A stretch of 42,302 nucleotides of DNA from contig JALWCU010000135.1 of assembly GCA_027015275.1 (NCBI GenBank), forward strand, positions 1 through 42,302, given 5' to 3'. Below, piece by piece: positions 1-10,068 of this stretch (positions are counted from its first letter, which is position 1; each line of letters begins with the position of its first letter). The position numbers were made by a program, and so were the translations under genes. Origin of the DNA: Bacteroidales bacterium. GTDB lineage: Bacteria; Bacteroidota; Bacteroidia; Bacteroidales; S143-33. Below the pieces are notes generated by a model. The model was not told the origin of the DNA. It saw nothing but the letters and a program-made list of their open reading frames with translations, and ran no database searches.

Positions 1-204
1 ATTTTTTGATACTACACAGATGTAATTAGAATTTGTGCTTTTATAAGATGATTTTTTTTGTGCTTCAATAAATTTTGGCGATTATTTTTGAAAATTAAAT
101 TCTTTAATTAAAATTGCATTGATAATAGATGAGGCGGCCTGCCATAACATAATTTTAACTTAATTAGCAAATTCTTATCTCATTAAAATAAAAAGGATTA
201 TTAA

Positions 205-2046
205 ATGTATCACCTTAATGAATTGCAAGAGAAGACATTAGCCGAGCTGAAGACAATTGCAAAAGAGCTTGGTATTAGAGGGGTTTCTACCCTTAGAAAG
301 AAAGACTTGATTTACAAGATATTAGATGTCTCGTCGCTTAGAGAAAGCGAAAAAATTATAGAGAAGAAAAAACAAAGAACTGACCGAAAAACACATCAGA
401 AGCCTGAGACTGAAAAGATTAAGGAGGTTGTAAAGGACGCTCAGCAAGTATTGGATCAGGCCAAGGAGCTTATTGCAGATGTTGATACCAAGATTGGTGG
501 CAACCTGCCCACTCAGACTCCTGCTTCAGAGCCAAAGAGACCAGTCGAACAGACTAGTCAGCCACAGCCGAAAATAGCAGAGAAAAAGGATACTGTCCAG
601 AAACCTCAGGACAAAGAAAAGAAAAAACAAGAACAGAAAACTACTACATCTGAGCCAACGGAACAAACAAAGCAGAAAAAAGAACATTTATCTCAGGCTC
701 AGGTTACAAAGCAGAAAGAAACTGGACACAACAAAGAACAGTCCGCACAACAGAAGGCAGCGCAGCAACAGAAACAGCAGCCACAGCAGCAGAAAACATC
801 CCAGCAGAACGTACAGCAAAAGCAGCAAGCTCAACAGCAAAAGAAATATTATCAAAACAGGCAGCAACGTCAGCAGCGTCAATATGAGCAACAGAATAAC
901 CGTATTTTTGATGAAGCTGGGATAATACGTAATTGCGGCGTCTTGCAAGTCATTGAAAACGAAGGTTATGGCTTCTTGCGCTCTGCTGCTTATAATTATT
1001 TCCCTTCGCCAGATGATATTTATGTTTCAATGTCTCAGGTCAAACGCTTTGGTCTGAAGACTGGCGATACCGTGTGTGGAAGCATCCGTCCGCCAAAGGA
1101 CAATGAAAAGTTCTTTCCCCTGATAAAGGTAGAGCGTGTTTGCGGCAAAGACCCGGATGTGGTTCGAGAGCGTGTGGCTTTTGATTTTCTCACGCCTACT
1201 TTCCCGAACGAAAAATTTAATCTCACTGGTAATGGACATAATAATTTGTCCATGCGTGTAATAGACCTATTTTCTCCTATTGGCAAAGGGCAGCGTGGAC
1301 TGATAGTTGCTCAGCCAAAAACTGGTAAAACATTTCTGCTCAAGGAGTTGGCTAATGCTATTGTGGATAATCATCCCGAAGTTTATTTGATTGTCCTACT
1401 CGTTGATGAGCGCCCCGAGGAAGTTACAGACATGAAAAACAGTGTCCGTCGTGCTGAAATTATTTCCGCAACTTTTGATGAACCGGCTGACCACCATGTT
1501 AAAGTTGCTGAGATGGTCATTGAAAAAGCAAAGCGCCTAGTGGAAGTGGGACATGACGTTGTTATTTTATTGGATTCGATTACACGTTTAGCTCGAGCTT
1601 ATAACACTATTACACCGTCCAGTGGCCGTGTATTGTCAGGCGGTATGGAAGCTTCGGCACTGGAAAAACCAAAGAAATTTTTCGGTGCGGCACGTAATAT
1701 AGAAAACGGCGGCTCTCTTACAATTGTGGCTACGGCTTTGATTGACACTGGCTCGAAAATGGACGAGGTGATATTCGAGGAATTCAAGGGTACAGGCAAC
1801 ATGGAGCTGGTACTCGATCGCAAATTGGCTAACAAGCGTATATTCCCTGCTATTGATATAAATGCTTCTGGAACACGGCATGAGGAACTCTTGCTTGACC
1901 AGGAAACACTTAACCGTGTATGGGTTTTACGTCGTTCATTGCTGGCAGATATGACACCACAGGAAGCAATGCAGTTTTTGCAGGAACATATCGCTGACAC
2001 TAAGGATAATGATGAATTTCTGCGTCAGATGAATAGTTCTTTCTAA
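205..2046 (+). CDS. rho: Transcription termination factor Rho, long form with a ~190-aa low-complexity insertion in the N-terminal domain
   Basis: 613-aa ORF, ATG at 205. N-terminal helix bundle [32 protein letters not shown]-binding core GYGFLRS...[18 protein letters not shown]. Walker A AQPKTGKT, Walker [15 protein letters not shown]-terminal [19 protein letters not shown]. Confidence 0.95.
   Translation: MYHLNELQEKTLAELKTIAKELGIRGVSTLRKKDLIYKILDVSSLRESEKIIEKKKQRTDRKTHQKPETEKIKEVVKDAQQVLDQAKELIADVDTKIGGNLPTQTPASEPKRPVEQTSQPQPKIAEKKDTVQKPQDKEKKKQEQKTTTSEPTEQTKQKKEHLSQAQVTKQKETGHNKEQSAQQKAAQQQKQQPQQQKTSQQNVQQKQQAQQQKKYYQNRQQRQQRQYEQQNNRIFDEAGIIRNCGVLQVIENEGYGFLRSAAYNYFPSPDDIYVSMSQVKRFGLKTGDTVCGSIRPPKDNEKFFPLIKVERVCGKDPDVVRERVAFDFLTPTFPNEKFNLTGNGHNNLSMRVIDLFSPIGKGQRGLIVAQPKTGKTFLLKELANAIVDNHPEVYLIVLLVDERPEEVTDMKNSVRRAEIISATFDEPADHHVKVAEMVIEKAKRLVEVGHDVVILLDSITRLARAYNTITPSSGRVLSGGMEASALEKPKKFFGAARNIENGGSLTIVATALIDTGSKMDEVIFEEFKGTGNMELVLDRKLANKRIFPAIDINASGTRHEELLLDQETLNRVWVLRRSLLADMTPQEAMQFLQEHIADTKDNDEFLRQMNSSF
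739..900 (+). repeat. Imperfect CAG/CAA/AAG codon tract encoding the Q/K-rich core of the Rho insertion
   Basis: Rho residues 179-232 read [54 protein letters not shown]. The DNA is visibly cagcaacagaaacagcagccacagcagcag-like. Confidence 0.8.
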
Positions 2047-2053
2047 AATTTGT

Positions 2054-2989
2054 TCATTTCTTGGTATTTGCTTGTGAATGTGGATGATATAGAAGCAGAG
2101 TTTCTCGTAGATGTTCTTTGCTGATGTGCGTATAAATCTCTGTGGTCAAGATTGATTCATGTCCAAGCATTTGCTGAACCGAACGCAGGTCCGCACCGCC
2201 GTCTATTAGATGTGTAGCAAAGCTATGACGTAGGGTGTGCGGACTTATTTTTTTTTCTATGCCTGCTTGTGCTGCTGTTTTTTTTATTATTAAAAAAATC
2301 ATGTTGCGTGTGAGCTTCTCGCCACGATTGTTGAGAAAAACAATGTCAGTGAATTGTGGTTTTATGGGATAAAGTTGCCGATGGTCTATCAGATATGTAT
2401 TTATTTCGTTGATGGCACGGTTGCTGATTGGCACGAGCCTTTGTTTATTTCCTTTACCAGTGACACGGACAAAACCGTCGTCAAAAAAAAGGTCTGATAT
2501 TTTTAGGTTAACAAGTTCGGATACGCGTAAGCCACAGCTGTAAAGCGTCTCTATAATTGCACGGTTCCGCTGTCCGTGTTTTTTGTTCAGATCAATACTA
2601 TTTATCATTTTGTCTATTTCTTCGACGCTAAGTATTTCGGGTAGTTTTCGCTGAAATTTTGGGGCTTCAAGTAATAATGTGGGGTTATGTGCCATTGTGT
2701 CGGTATTAATCAGGAACTTGTAAAAACCTTTTATACCCGAGATCATCCTGGCTTGGGTACGCTCGCTTACGCCGATTTCGTATAGGTAAGATATAAAGCG
2801 CTGAATATCTGTCATTTGTACTTCGTAGGGTGATAAGTTCTTGTTTTCAATATCCAGGAAAAATTGTATTAGTCGAGAAATGTCTTGTAGGTAGGCCTTT
2901 ATAGAATTATCTGCCAGGTTTTTTTCAAATTTGAGAAAAATACGAAAACTGTTGAGTTCGTCATGCCATATTTGTTCTGCTTGAGCCAT
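2054..2989 (-). CDS. xerD: Tyrosine site-specific recombinase, XerD-like
   Basis: 311-aa ORF with the tyrosine recombinase catalytic set: RNRAIIETLYSCGLRVSEL (Arg-I), HTLRHSFATHL (H-x-x-R), LGHESILTTEIYTH (His/Tyr nucleophile). Its ATG overlaps the pgeF stop (TAATG on the minus strand, nt 2987-2991), so it is probably co-transcribed with pgeF. Confidence 0.85.
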   Translation of the reverse strand: MAQAEQIWHDELNSFRIFLKFEKNLADNSIKAYLQDISRLIQFFLDIENKNLSPYEVQMTDIQRFISYLYEIGVSERTQARMISGIKGFYKFLINTDTMAHNPTLLLEAPKFQRKLPEILSVEEIDKMINSIDLNKKHGQRNRAIIETLYSCGLRVSELVNLKISDLFFDDGFVRVTGKGNKQRLVPISNRAINEINTYLIDHRQLYPIKPQFTDIVFLNNRGEKLTRNMIFLIIKKTAAQAGIEKKISPHTLRHSFATHLIDGGADLRSVQQMLGHESILTTEIYTHISKEHLRETLLLYHPHSQANTKK

Positions 2990-3774
2990 TAATGATTTTG
3001 TTTTAGCATTATACCTGCTATCTGGCGGCCTTTGTCCCCACGGCGTGCCGAGTAAAATTTATTGTTATTGCAGGATGTGCACAGTGCTATGTGATCGATA
3101 TTTTGTTCTGGGATACCGGCTTGCAGAAGTTGGTATTTATTGACTTTCCACAGGTCAAGGTAAAGTTTATTTTTGCGCCTTTCGAAAAAATCATCAGCTT
3201 TTCGGGCAAAGGTATATTTGAATGCTTCGAGTACGTCTTGTCCTACTTGATAGCAGCATGGGCCTATGGATGGGCCAATGACAGCTACTATGTCGTGGGG
3301 GCTGGAATTGTAGCCGTCTTTCATTTTTTGCACTGCCTTGAAAGTAATGAGTTTTGCACTGCCACGCCATCCGGCATGAACAGCAGCAATGACTTTTTTG
3401 CGTGTGTCTGCTATCAGCACGGGTACACAGTCTGCTGTTGTAACAATGAGCATTAGGTTTGGCTTGTTTGTTACTAAAGCATCATAATATTTTATAGCGT
3501 CGTCTGCACTGGTGCTTCCTTTGCCAGCATCTTGCTCGCTGGCTATCAGGATGTTGTCGCTGTGTATCTGGTCCATAAACACAAAGCGCTCTAAAGGTAC
3601 ATCGAGCTCTGAAGCGAGTTGTTGTCTGTTTTTCAGAGAATAAGGGTCTCCGCTTTTTATGCTCATGTTAGCCCATTGGAAAGGCGAGTGGCTATGCCCA
3701 CCGATACGTGTGGAGAAAAAATGTTTGATAAAAGGATATTTAGCCAGGAGTTGAGAATTTAATGTGTTAATCAT
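2989..3774 (-). CDS. pgeF: YfiH/PgeF family (DUF152) purine nucleoside phosphorylase / peptidoglycan editing factor
   Basis: Family blocks FSTRIGG, MDQIHSD, TADCVPVL, HAGWRG, CTSC. I start it at the ATG at 3774 (MINTLNSQ...) rather than 3873. The long form would overlap divergent sbcC and swallow a TACATTTG box at 3804-3811. Confidence 0.85.
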   Translation of the reverse strand: MINTLNSQLLAKYPFIKHFFSTRIGGHSHSPFQWANMSIKSGDPYSLKNRQQLASELDVPLERFVFMDQIHSDNILIASEQDAGKGSTSADDAIKYYDALVTNKPNLMLIVTTADCVPVLIADTRKKVIAAVHAGWRGSAKLITFKAVQKMKDGYNSSPHDIVAVIGPSIGPCCYQVGQDVLEAFKYTFARKADDFFERRKNKLYLDLWKVNKYQLLQAGIPEQNIDHIALCTSCNNNKFYSARRGDKGRQIAGIMLKQNH

Positions 3775-3803
3775 TTTCTTAAGACCAGTGTTTTTTTTAC
3801 TTT

Positions 3804-3811
3804 CAAATGTA
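3804..3811 (-). promoter_or_regulatory. Candidate Bacteroidota -7 promoter box (TACATTTG) for pgeF-xerD
   Basis: Minus strand reads TACATTTG, matching TAnnTTTG, 30 nt upstream of the 3774 ATG. Confidence 0.45.
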
Positions 3812-3837
3812 AAAAAATAAAACATCATTTCACGACT

Positions 3838-6800
3838 ATGAGACTTCTGAGTTTGAGATTTAGCAATATACATTCACTTCGTGGGGAGCAGATAATTGAC
3901 TTTGTCCAGCCACCGCTAAGTGATACGGGGATTTTTGCCATAACAGGTCCTACGGGTTCGGGCAAGAGTACTATTCTGGATGCTATAACGCTGGCGTTGT
4001 TTGGGAGAATTTCCCGTTTGAAGGAAAAGGCATTGTCGAATGTGATTATTAATGATTTTGGTGGAGTGGTAACACGTGGACAGACAGAGGCTTTTTCCGA
4101 GCTGACTTATCAGATTGGAGAGGATATTTATCAAAGTACTTGGATTTTCCGCAAGGGAAAGAAAAACATGATTTTGCTGAAAAATGGTGAGGCGATTCAG
4201 GAAAAAGAAAAAGACGTTATATCTCGGAATGAGCAGATTATAGGGCTATCTTATGGGCAGTTTATCAGGGCTGTGATTTTACCACAAGGAGAATTTGCCA
4301 ATTTTCTCAAAGCAGATAGTGATGAGCGTATAAGGATTCTGGAGAAAATAACAGGCGGCGAGATTTTTCGTACATTGGGTGCAATGGCCAGCAGCATTAC
4401 AAGAGATAAGAAAATCTTATTAGACCAGAAAAAAACTGAGATAGACAGCATTGAATTGCTAACGCAGGAGCAAGAGACAGAAATTAGGCGAGAGATTGTA
4501 CAGAATCAGAACAGGGCAGAAGAGTTGAAAAAGAGCCTTAATAACCTGAGAGAAAAGCAGGCTCTAAAGCAACAAATTGCAGACTTGGAGCGAGAGATAA
4601 GAAAACAACAAGCACAGATTAAGGAAGTCATTGAACAAAAACAAGCTATGGAAAGCGATTTTCACCGACTCGAAATGCATGAGCGCCTAATTCGCTATAA
4701 AGCTGAGATTAAGCAGTATTTGAATAGTAAGCTGGAAAGAGAGCAGGTGGATCAGGAAATAAAGGAACTCGAGACAAATATTACATCACTTGGCAGAGAG
4801 CTGGATAGACTCAGTAATACGGAAAACGATTATAATCAAAAGCTCAAAAAGCTGGCAGACGAGCTGGCGCTGCTTAAACCTAAGATTGCTAAAGTCAGAG
4901 AGCTGGATACGCAGCTGGCTCAGCTGAAAACAAAGATTGATACCTTGGACAAACAACTTGGGCATTTGCGTCAAGATGAAAAAAAATCACAAAACCAGAT
5001 ACAGGAAAATCAAACCAATCTACAGATTTACAGACAGAAATATGAACAAGTGTGCAAATGGCTGGAAGATAACATTGCTTTAGAAGATTTAACTCTGGAG
5101 TTTGGACTGATCGAGAAGTATATCGACGAATACAATCTCAGAGGTGGCGAACTGATGAAAAAAGCTAAACAAAACGGCTACCAGGTTAAGGACTGGCAGC
5201 AACTCAAAAGAAATTTGGAGTCAGATTTTACAGCTGAGAAACAGTTTATTGCACAAGCTCAGTTGCAATTAGGTCAGCATAGAGACATTGAAGAAATAAG
5301 TACAGAGATAGAAGGTTTGAGAAGTCGCTTGGATGTGATCAATTCGTTGAAAGCCAAATTAATGCGTTCAAAAGAAATGCAGGAAAAATTACAATTCTTG
5401 GAGAGAGAAAGACAGGAAATAACTGTGAGTCTGGAGCAGCTGACACAAGAAAAGGGAATAGCAGAGCAAGAACTCAGTAAACTGCAACGGGATAGAGATG
5501 AATTACAGAAAAAAATGCAGCAAGAGCAAGAAGTAATTGTTTTTCGCAAGGCTCGAGAGCTATTGAAGGAAGGCGAACCTTGTCCTGTCTGTGGCTCTAT
5601 CCACCATCCATACAAAGAACATCATCTGGACATAGAGGAATCAGACTTAGAGAAAAAAATGGCGGACTTGGAACAGCAGATCCAGCAGTTGCAGCAGAAA
5701 TTTTCTAAACTACAGGCTGATATTTCCACGAAACAAGCTTTGGACAGGGAGAAACAAAAACAAATCCGTGAGATCACCCAAGAGAAGCAAAACATAGACA
5801 AGCAAATAACAGAGCAAGCCAGCAAGTCAGAGCTGGAGACATTGGAAATAGAACGAATCATGAGTCAGGTACAGCAAATTCAGCAGCAGATAAAGAAACT
5901 TGCGAGCGAGCAAATAATTGCCCAGAAGCTGCTCAAAAGACAACAAAAGAAGCAAATACTAGAACATCTATTGTCTGAGCTTGATGGGGTGGAGCAGATA
6001 CATGGACAGCTGAAGGTAAAGCTGGAATCATATCAACAATATTTCCCGCAAGGTGCTAAAATAAAAGATATTAAAGAAACACTAAGGACTCTTGCCAAGC
6101 AATATAAGGATAACATCCAGAGCAAGACAAACTTAAAAGCCCAGATAGAGAAAATAGAATCCAACCTTGAGCTCCAAAACCAAAATATCACAAAAATTAG
6201 CGAGGAAGCATCTGTCTTTGAGGATGAGTTATATGCACTCAGAGAACAAACCGAAGAGCTCGTCCAACGCCGTCGTCTTTTGCTGGGAGAGCAGGATCCG
6301 GACAGAGTACTGGACTTACACGAAAACAAAAGACGAGAGATAGACGAAAGCCTAAAAAATTTACTTCAGACAAAGCAGCGTGTTAGTACGCAAATAGAAG
6401 AGCAATTAAAGCTTGTCGGGCAAAAACGCCAGCACCTGGACGATGTTAATGCGCGGATAGAAAATCTTGTGAAGCAAATCATGCCTAAAATAACAGCGTT
6501 GGGTATTGAAAGTCCAGAGCAAGCAAACGATTTCTTCCTTTCGGATGAGCAATATGAGAAATTAACCCAAATAAAGCAAAATCTGGAAAAACGGCTCATG
6601 GAACTAGAGCAAGCCATAGCAGAAAAACAACAGAGAAAAGCTGAATTGAGCCACAGAGACGATCCAAATATCACCATAGGAGAGTTGCAGAAACAAATAA
6701 GTGAGCTGACCAAACAGCGCGATGAAATAAATCAAACAATAGGCTCAAAGCAAAAGGTAATTGAACAAAACGAGCAAAATAAAGCCAAACAAGAGCATTT

Positions 6801-7359
6801 GCTCGAGCAGCAGAAACAGTTGGAGGCTGATTACATGCGCTGGAAAGCACTGGATGATGTCATTGGTAATGCAGAGGGTACTAAATTTCAGCGAATTGCG
6901 CAGGAATTCAACTTGATAGCCTTGTTGAATGCGGCAAATATGTATCTGGCAAAATTTAATGATCGTTATCAGCTGAGCTACCAAAAACAGGAACGTAGCG
7001 GCAGGATTCAGTATAGCCTTTTTGTCGTGGATAATTACCTTGGTGGTCAGCAGAGAAGCGTAAACACTCTTTCGGGTGGTGAGTCGTTTTTGGTTAGTCT
7101 CTCGCTTGCCATAGGACTGTCGGCATTGGCCAGCCAAAAGATACGTATTGAAAACATTTTTATTGACGAGGGTTTTGGCAGCCTGGATAATGAGACTCTG
7201 GACCAGGCACTTGCAGTGCTTGAACATTTTCACAGTGATTCTAACCGCAAGATAGGAATTATTTCGCATGTTGAAGTGCTGAAAGAACGCATACCTGTTA
7301 AGATTGAAGTGAGTAGGGTAGAGCAGGGTTTTAGTAAAATTAATGTTGTTGTTAGGTAA
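3838..7359 (+). CDS. sbcC: SbcC/Rad50-family DNA repair ATPase with zinc hook
   Basis: 1173 aa. N-terminus MRLLSLRFSNIHSLRGEQIIDF...GIFAITGPTGSGKSTILDAITLALFG (Walker A). More than 700 aa of heptad-rich coiled coil. CPVC zinc hook at nt 5581-5592. ABC signature LSGGESF, Walker B IFIDEGFGSLD, H-loop IGIISH. Confidence 0.88.
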   Translation: MRLLSLRFSNIHSLRGEQIIDFVQPPLSDTGIFAITGPTGSGKSTILDAITLALFGRISRLKEKALSNVIINDFGGVVTRGQTEAFSELTYQIGEDIYQSTWIFRKGKKNMILLKNGEAIQEKEKDVISRNEQIIGLSYGQFIRAVILPQGEFANFLKADSDERIRILEKITGGEIFRTLGAMASSITRDKKILLDQKKTEIDSIELLTQEQETEIRREIVQNQNRAEELKKSLNNLREKQALKQQIADLEREIRKQQAQIKEVIEQKQAMESDFHRLEMHERLIRYKAEIKQYLNSKLEREQVDQEIKELETNITSLGRELDRLSNTENDYNQKLKKLADELALLKPKIAKVRELDTQLAQLKTKIDTLDKQLGHLRQDEKKSQNQIQENQTNLQIYRQKYEQVCKWLEDNIALEDLTLEFGLIEKYIDEYNLRGGELMKKAKQNGYQVKDWQQLKRNLESDFTAEKQFIAQAQLQLGQHRDIEEISTEIEGLRSRLDVINSLKAKLMRSKEMQEKLQFLERERQEITVSLEQLTQEKGIAEQELSKLQRDRDELQKKMQQEQEVIVFRKARELLKEGEPCPVCGSIHHPYKEHHLDIEESDLEKKMADLEQQIQQLQQKFSKLQADISTKQALDREKQKQIREITQEKQNIDKQITEQASKSELETLEIERIMSQVQQIQQQIKKLASEQIIAQKLLKRQQKKQILEHLLSELDGVEQIHGQLKVKLESYQQYFPQGAKIKDIKETLRTLAKQYKDNIQSKTNLKAQIEKIESNLELQNQNITKISEEASVFEDELYALREQTEELVQRRRLLLGEQDPDRVLDLHENKRREIDESLKNLLQTKQRVSTQIEEQLKLVGQKRQHLDDVNARIENLVKQIMPKITALGIESPEQANDFFLSDEQYEKLTQIKQNLEKRLMELEQAIAEKQQRKAELSHRDDPNITIGELQKQISELTKQRDEINQTIGSKQKVIEQNEQNKAKQEHLLEQQKQLEADYMRWKALDDVIGNAEGTKFQRIAQEFNLIALLNAANMYLAKFNDRYQLSYQKQERSGRIQYSLFVVDNYLGGQQRSVNTLSGGESFLVSLSLAIGLSALASQKIRIENIFIDEGFGSLDNETLDQALAVLEHFHSDSNRKIGIISHVEVLKERIPVKIEVSRVEQGFSKINVVVR

Positions 7360-7396
7360 AATTTTGTACTTTTAAAGAAAATAAAAGTTATAACTT

Positions 7397-8149
7397 ATGT
7401 CAGATATTAGAATTCATGAGATAAAACAAAGAGCAAGGAATGATCTCAGTGGCCGATGGGGCAATGCTGTTTTGGTTACGATAGTGTTGCTTCTACTTTC
7501 TTTTTTGGCAGCATTAGTGCCCTTGGGCTCGATATTTATAGCTGGTCCAATGGCTATAGGTTATGCTGTGTATTTTGTTAGTCTTGTGCGAAAGCAAGAG
7601 CTGAGTGTAAATTTGCTTTTCTCGCCTTTTAATAAGTACGGAAATGCCTTGCTAACATTTTTCCTGCGAGCATTAATAGTTGGAGTGGCAGCTTCACCTG
7701 TGATTATTTATATGGTTGTTTATTTTTTGATACATAGTAATGATCTGGATACATTGAGTTTTGGCCATGTTTTTGGGTTTAGCTTGACGATGTTGATTTT
7801 ACTTCTTATTCCGGTTTATGTAGGTCTTCGTTTGGGCTTAATGTATTACATAGTAGCTGATAATGTGGAAGTTCCAGGTGATAAGGCTGTGGAGATAAGC
7901 TGGAAGATGATGGCTGGGCATGAGTGGGATTTATTTTTGTTGGTCTTGAGTTTTATTCTCTGGTATCTATTGGGAGTGCTGACGTTTGGTCTTGCCTTTC
8001 TGTGGATGATGCCTTATTATTCGGCATCTGTGGCGCATTTTTATTTTGAGCTCAAACAGCGTAATAGAGAATATGCACAGATTATTGATAGTTATGGACA
8101 TAGAGATATACCAGGTGAGCCAATCAACGAGCTCTTTATTAATGAGTAA
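7397..8149 (+). CDS. DUF975-like integral membrane protein
   Basis: 250-aa ORF 37 nt downstream of sbcC. N-terminal IKQRARNDLSGRWGNAVLVTIVLLLL block resembles the DUF975 signature as I remember it. Several hydrophobic spans. Confidence 0.65.
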   Translation: MSDIRIHEIKQRARNDLSGRWGNAVLVTIVLLLLSFLAALVPLGSIFIAGPMAIGYAVYFVSLVRKQELSVNLLFSPFNKYGNALLTFFLRALIVGVAASPVIIYMVVYFLIHSNDLDTLSFGHVFGFSLTMLILLLIPVYVGLRLGLMYYIVADNVEVPGDKAVEISWKMMAGHEWDLFLLVLSFILWYLLGVLTFGLAFLWMMPYYSASVAHFYFELKQRNREYAQIIDSYGHRDIPGEPINELFINE

Positions 8150-8186
8150 AGTTTTGGAGATTGAAGATAGTCTGATTTATTAGATA

Positions 8187-10022
8187 TTAGTTAGCTGGCG
8201 GTTCTTCCTTATTGTTTGCCTTCATCAGAACGAATATTCCATTGGGGCTCTGTAGCACGGATTTGCAGTTCTCGCTGAGCAATGGTAGAATTTTTTTCAT
8301 TATAGTTTGTCGATAGCTCATTGTCGTGTCAGGCTTCCAGTATGGATTGGCTAAATTATGTCGGGTGAAGATAATATATTTTATTTGGCCTTGTCGGATA
8401 GCTTGTTCGAGTTTTGCCGAGTCTGTAAACCAACAAAGGGATTGTGGCTCTTTGTCAGTGAGCAGGGAAATTACAAAACTTCGATTTATTGCAATGTATT
8501 TTTTTGCAGGTAAAATATTTTTTAGACTATGGGTAAATGATTCTAATTCATAGATTTTTGATTTCTTGGTGCTTATGCCACGGAATATTCTGTTCTGGGC
8601 GATATAATTTTGTTCTCTGATGTTTACATCTCTGTGTATGTGTGTGGTTTTGTATATTAGGCTTAGCAGTCCTAGATATATTATGGCTGTGAATAGTAGA
8701 TGTTTGTTAATTTTTTGATAAGATAGCCCAATGATTATTGGCAAGATAAACGTAATAGCAAAATTAGATTGTAGTTTAAAAAGCCCAGTGTTTGAACCGG
8801 CAAATGCTCCAATGGCTATGAAGACGAGAGAAAGGCTAAGTTCCCAGTTTTTAAAATAAGTCTTATAATCAATTATTAAAATCAGCAGAATAAGTGCAGA
8901 ATAAACGCCAACGAATTTAAAGAAACCGGCTTTGAAATATAGTTCTGGTAAAAAGCTGATTATTAGTATTAATAAGATAAGAAATTTTTTAAAGCTGCTA
9001 TTAATAAGGACTGTTTTCTTGGTAAAAAGATATTGTACAGAGAATATGCCCAGAGTAGGAAAGGCCAGAGCCATGGCTGTTACCCTCAAGTGTCTGAGAG
9101 TGGTCTTTATGATATATGAGAAGGTATGAACATTATCACCAATTATGCATACAGAATTGTATGTGGGTTGTTGACTTCTGAGTGCGCTAAAAGAATGTAG
9201 AAAATATAGCAAGTCTAAACCTAAAAGCTTTATTATTATCAGACCAGCCAAAAGTCCTGCGGCAAAATATAACCAGAGCTTTATCTGTCTGAAGGTCTTG
9301 AGCATAAAGGAAATAACCAACAGTGGTAAAAGAAAAAATAATGTTATTCTCGAATAAATTGCAAAAACGAAAATTATGCCTGCTAAGAAATTGTAAATTA
9401 AACTATTATGTTTTAATCCTCTGAGAGCAAGATAAGCGAACAAGATTAAGAGTAAAACAGGAATGTTATCATAAGGCGTCAGCGCTAAACTAATGAAAAT
9501 GGAGATAATGCCACTGATGGTAAAGATTATAAGTGAAGCTAACCAATTGTTTGTTAATTTATTGTCATAAAGCTCCAAGGTTTTCAGTGATAAAAAAACA
9601 ATACTTGCTAAGACTGTTATTTTACCGAGTCTTGCCCAAAGAATGAATGGTTTACCCGTCAGGCTGACCCAGTATTTGGCTATCAGCAATGAAAATGAAC
9701 AGCTCTCAGATAGGAAATTTTTTAGACTTGGGAAAAAATGTGTAAGCGTTAGATTATATATTTCGTCAGTCATGTCCAGGCCCCATGGCAGAAAGGCTAT
9801 AAAATAGATTATGATAAGATAGAATACCCAAAAGCCCAGATTTTTTTTCCTCTTGCCATCACGTATAAGCAGGGGAGTGAGTATGATAATATTAGCGGCA
9901 TATATTATCGTAGCTGTCTTGAAACTGTAGAATCCTTTCAGAAAAAGAAAAATGTAAATGAATGGCAGCAAAAGAAGAGTCATATATAGCAGTAGTTCTG
10001 CTATTTTGTTTCTATCTTTCAT
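8187..10022 (-). CDS. Large polytopic membrane protein, possibly a GT-C fold (ArnT/PMT-like) glycosyltransferase; function uncertain
   Basis: 611-aa ORF with about a dozen hydrophobic spans over the first ~460 aa. Acidic loop motif WGLDMTDEIY lies after the early helices. The ~140-aa C-terminal domain is not hydrophobic. The CDS call is solid; the family call is weak. Confidence 0.7.
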   Translation of the reverse strand: MKDRNKIAELLLYMTLLLLPFIYIFLFLKGFYSFKTATIIYAANIIILTPLLIRDGKRKKNLGFWVFYLIIIYFIAFLPWGLDMTDEIYNLTLTHFFPSLKNFLSESCSFSLLIAKYWVSLTGKPFILWARLGKITVLASIVFLSLKTLELYDNKLTNNWLASLIIFTISGIISIFISLALTPYDNIPVLLLILFAYLALRGLKHNSLIYNFLAGIIFVFAIYSRITLFFLLPLLVISFMLKTFRQIKLWLYFAAGLLAGLIIIKLLGLDLLYFLHSFSALRSQQPTYNSVCIIGDNVHTFSYIIKTTLRHLRVTAMALAFPTLGIFSVQYLFTKKTVLINSSFKKFLILLILIISFLPELYFKAGFFKFVGVYSALILLILIIDYKTYFKNWELSLSLVFIAIGAFAGSNTGLFKLQSNFAITFILPIIIGLSYQKINKHLLFTAIIYLGLLSLIYKTTHIHRDVNIREQNYIAQNRIFRGISTKKSKIYELESFTHSLKNILPAKKYIAINRSFVISLLTDKEPQSLCWFTDSAKLEQAIRQGQIKYIIFTRHNLANPYWKPDTTMSYRQTIMKKILPLLSENCKSVLQSPNGIFVLMKANNKEEPPAN

Positions 10023-10068
10023 GTGTTATGTGATTTCAACCAGTGTATTTTTATGTAAGCTAGTCTTT

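Noticed and set aside
688-948. An 86-aa Leu-rich minus-strand ORF inside rho.
   Set aside because: It is the antisense reading of the CAG/CAA/AAG tract (CTG/TTG/CTT codons), so it is an artefact of the repeat.
3775-3873. N-terminal extensions in the ORF track: pgeF to 3873, 13067-13138, FecR 28477-28542, arcC 34015-34077, and the parE TTG at 35824.
   Set aside because: The extensions add non-homologous residues ahead of canonical family N-termini or signal peptides. In two cases they contain the predicted -7 box. Internal ATGs give the expected N-termini.
4251-7269. A series of minus-strand ORFs (66-174 aa) inside sbcC, rich in S/C/F/L.
   Set aside because: They mirror the GAR/AAR/CAG-rich codons of the SbcC coiled coil. 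They have low-complexity composition and no motifs, and they are fully embedded in a well-supported CDS.
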